Assembly (NCBI GenBank): GCA_030704615.1
Contig: CM060733.1
Coordinates: 124,001-188,000, forward strand
Length of the DNA stretch: 64,000 nucleotides
DNA from: Takakia lepidozioides
Lineage: Eukaryota; Plantae; Bryophyta
Reading direction: 5' to 3'
The position numbers and the translations under genes are program-made. A model generated the notes under the pieces. That model saw only the letters and a list, made by a program, of their open reading frames with translations. It searched no databases and was not told the DNA's origin. Below, one piece after another: positions 62,526 through 64,000 of the stretch; positions within the stretch are counted from its first letter, which is position 1, and each line of letters opens with the position of its first letter.

Positions 62526-64000
62526 CGGTTCCATGTCACTCAGAGAGAGGGTGGGGAAGATTTGACATGCCAAAAGGCAGCGTATGTCCTGTGCATTAAG
62601 TTCTTACATTAATCCTAGTGTTCTCCCTTATATAATTGTCTAAGTTTTGGGTTATGGTGGTGTGGTGCTATGATAGCTGTTGGAGCCAAGGGTCGGGATC
62701 AATATCACATGAGCAGAGCATGAGCATGCTCATGTGAGCACAACCCACATTCATGGGGGTTTTATGTTTTTAAACTGCGGTCACATGAGCTATATGTTTT
62801 CAAAACGGAATAAAACCATTGGCGGATACTTCATAAACTTCATATACTTTGTGGTTCATAGTTGAGAATTGTTCTCTTCTCCTGTACAGAATACATATGT
62901 ACTGCCCTATTGCGAGAGATGCTTGGGCCAAAGTTCTAAGTTTCTATGCTGCTTGTTTCCATGCAGCTTCAGTGCCTTATGGATTGTTCTTGTGAAGGCT
63001 ACTTGGTTCCTTGCCTAGTAGTTCATGTTCTTTCCTCATAGTTGGCATTCCTTGCCTCTCCTGCCTCAAACGTTTGGCATCTGCAAGAGAGTAAATGAAA
63101 ATCATGTTGTCTTCCTATCATGCTTCCTCCAGCACCCCCTTTTCAGCTGTATGAGCTATATTCTTTTATTATATGCTTTTAGTGAGTTGAATAGTTGTTG
63201 TAGTCCTTGTGCTGAGGCTGGTTTGCATTAGTCAGCCAAAAGAACTTCAATTGTGAACGTGTAACATCAAAAATGCTTGTAACAAGTAGTGAAAAGTAGC
63301 TGGTACAGCTTGAAAGTTACATGCAGGCCCTATCAACAAACGTCGCTAGGATGTGAGCACCATCCAACTATATTATACTCGTCTTCTAAAGTGGCGTTGC
63401 CCTTTAACAGCAGTGCCTGATCTGCGGCCAAATTGTGGGATTAGCAGCAGAAAATCAACCTTTGGAATGATTTCAATACCATCAACCAATAACATCCCCA
63501 CTGCCGAAAGGGTGCAAGCACTGTTACAGTTCCAATGTGGGTTGCAAAGTGCCTGGTGGAAGCATCTCCCCTTCGAATCCTCTTACAGGATCAAGTACGT
63601 AACATCAACTCTCCTCGACATTATTGCAGACCAGCAGAGTTATACAATTTCTGATACAATTTTATTTGCATCAGAGGCGACCCAGATCATATAGTCCCTG
63701 CACCTTTGTTCACCAACTTTCAAAATCTTGAGGTCTTAGTCTTGGCCCTGGTCATCAAGCCTTGGTCCTGTTGGGAACTGAACAATCCTAGTTGTGAACT
63801 GAAACTGGCACTCATGAGTTCAATCACTTTATCTGAGTTCGTACACACACTTCACAGCACAATGCCTTCATGAGATGCGGTATGACTGATGAATTTGGTG
63901 TGCCTACGGGGCCCTTACAAAGTTCAGTATTTATTTGAGAAGTGAGCCAATGGACTGGGCAAGCATCAACTTGTGTAGAAAGCTTAATAAGCATGAAGTG

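Overview
Eukaryotic land-plant nuclear DNA, gene-dense, with short GT-AG introns; the gene content suggests a seed-free plant such as a bryophyte or lycophyte (inference). The first ~7 kb is transposon debris: a decayed LINE-like remnant, a CACTA right end, a perfect hairpin and a 40-bp minisatellite. Genes in order: LanC-like GCL1-type gene (+); LRR receptor-like kinase (-); head-to-head partner RLK with intact frames but pseudokinase substitutions (+); two tandem PLS-DYW PPR editing-factor genes (-); U-box/ARM E3 ligase (+); divergent LOB-domain gene (+); 17-exon ARC5/DRP5B plastid-division dynamin (-); intronless bacterial-type TauD dioxygenase (+). Two observations stand out. (1) Both DYW-PPR ORFs splice in frame to upstream exons encoding the PDF ssDNA-binding motif of OSB proteins, giving a PDF-PPR-DYW deaminase architecture. 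(2) The TauD gene closely resembles proteobacterial taurine dioxygenase and looks like a horizontally acquired gene. All splice models were read by eye and family calls come from remembered motifs; no searches were run.
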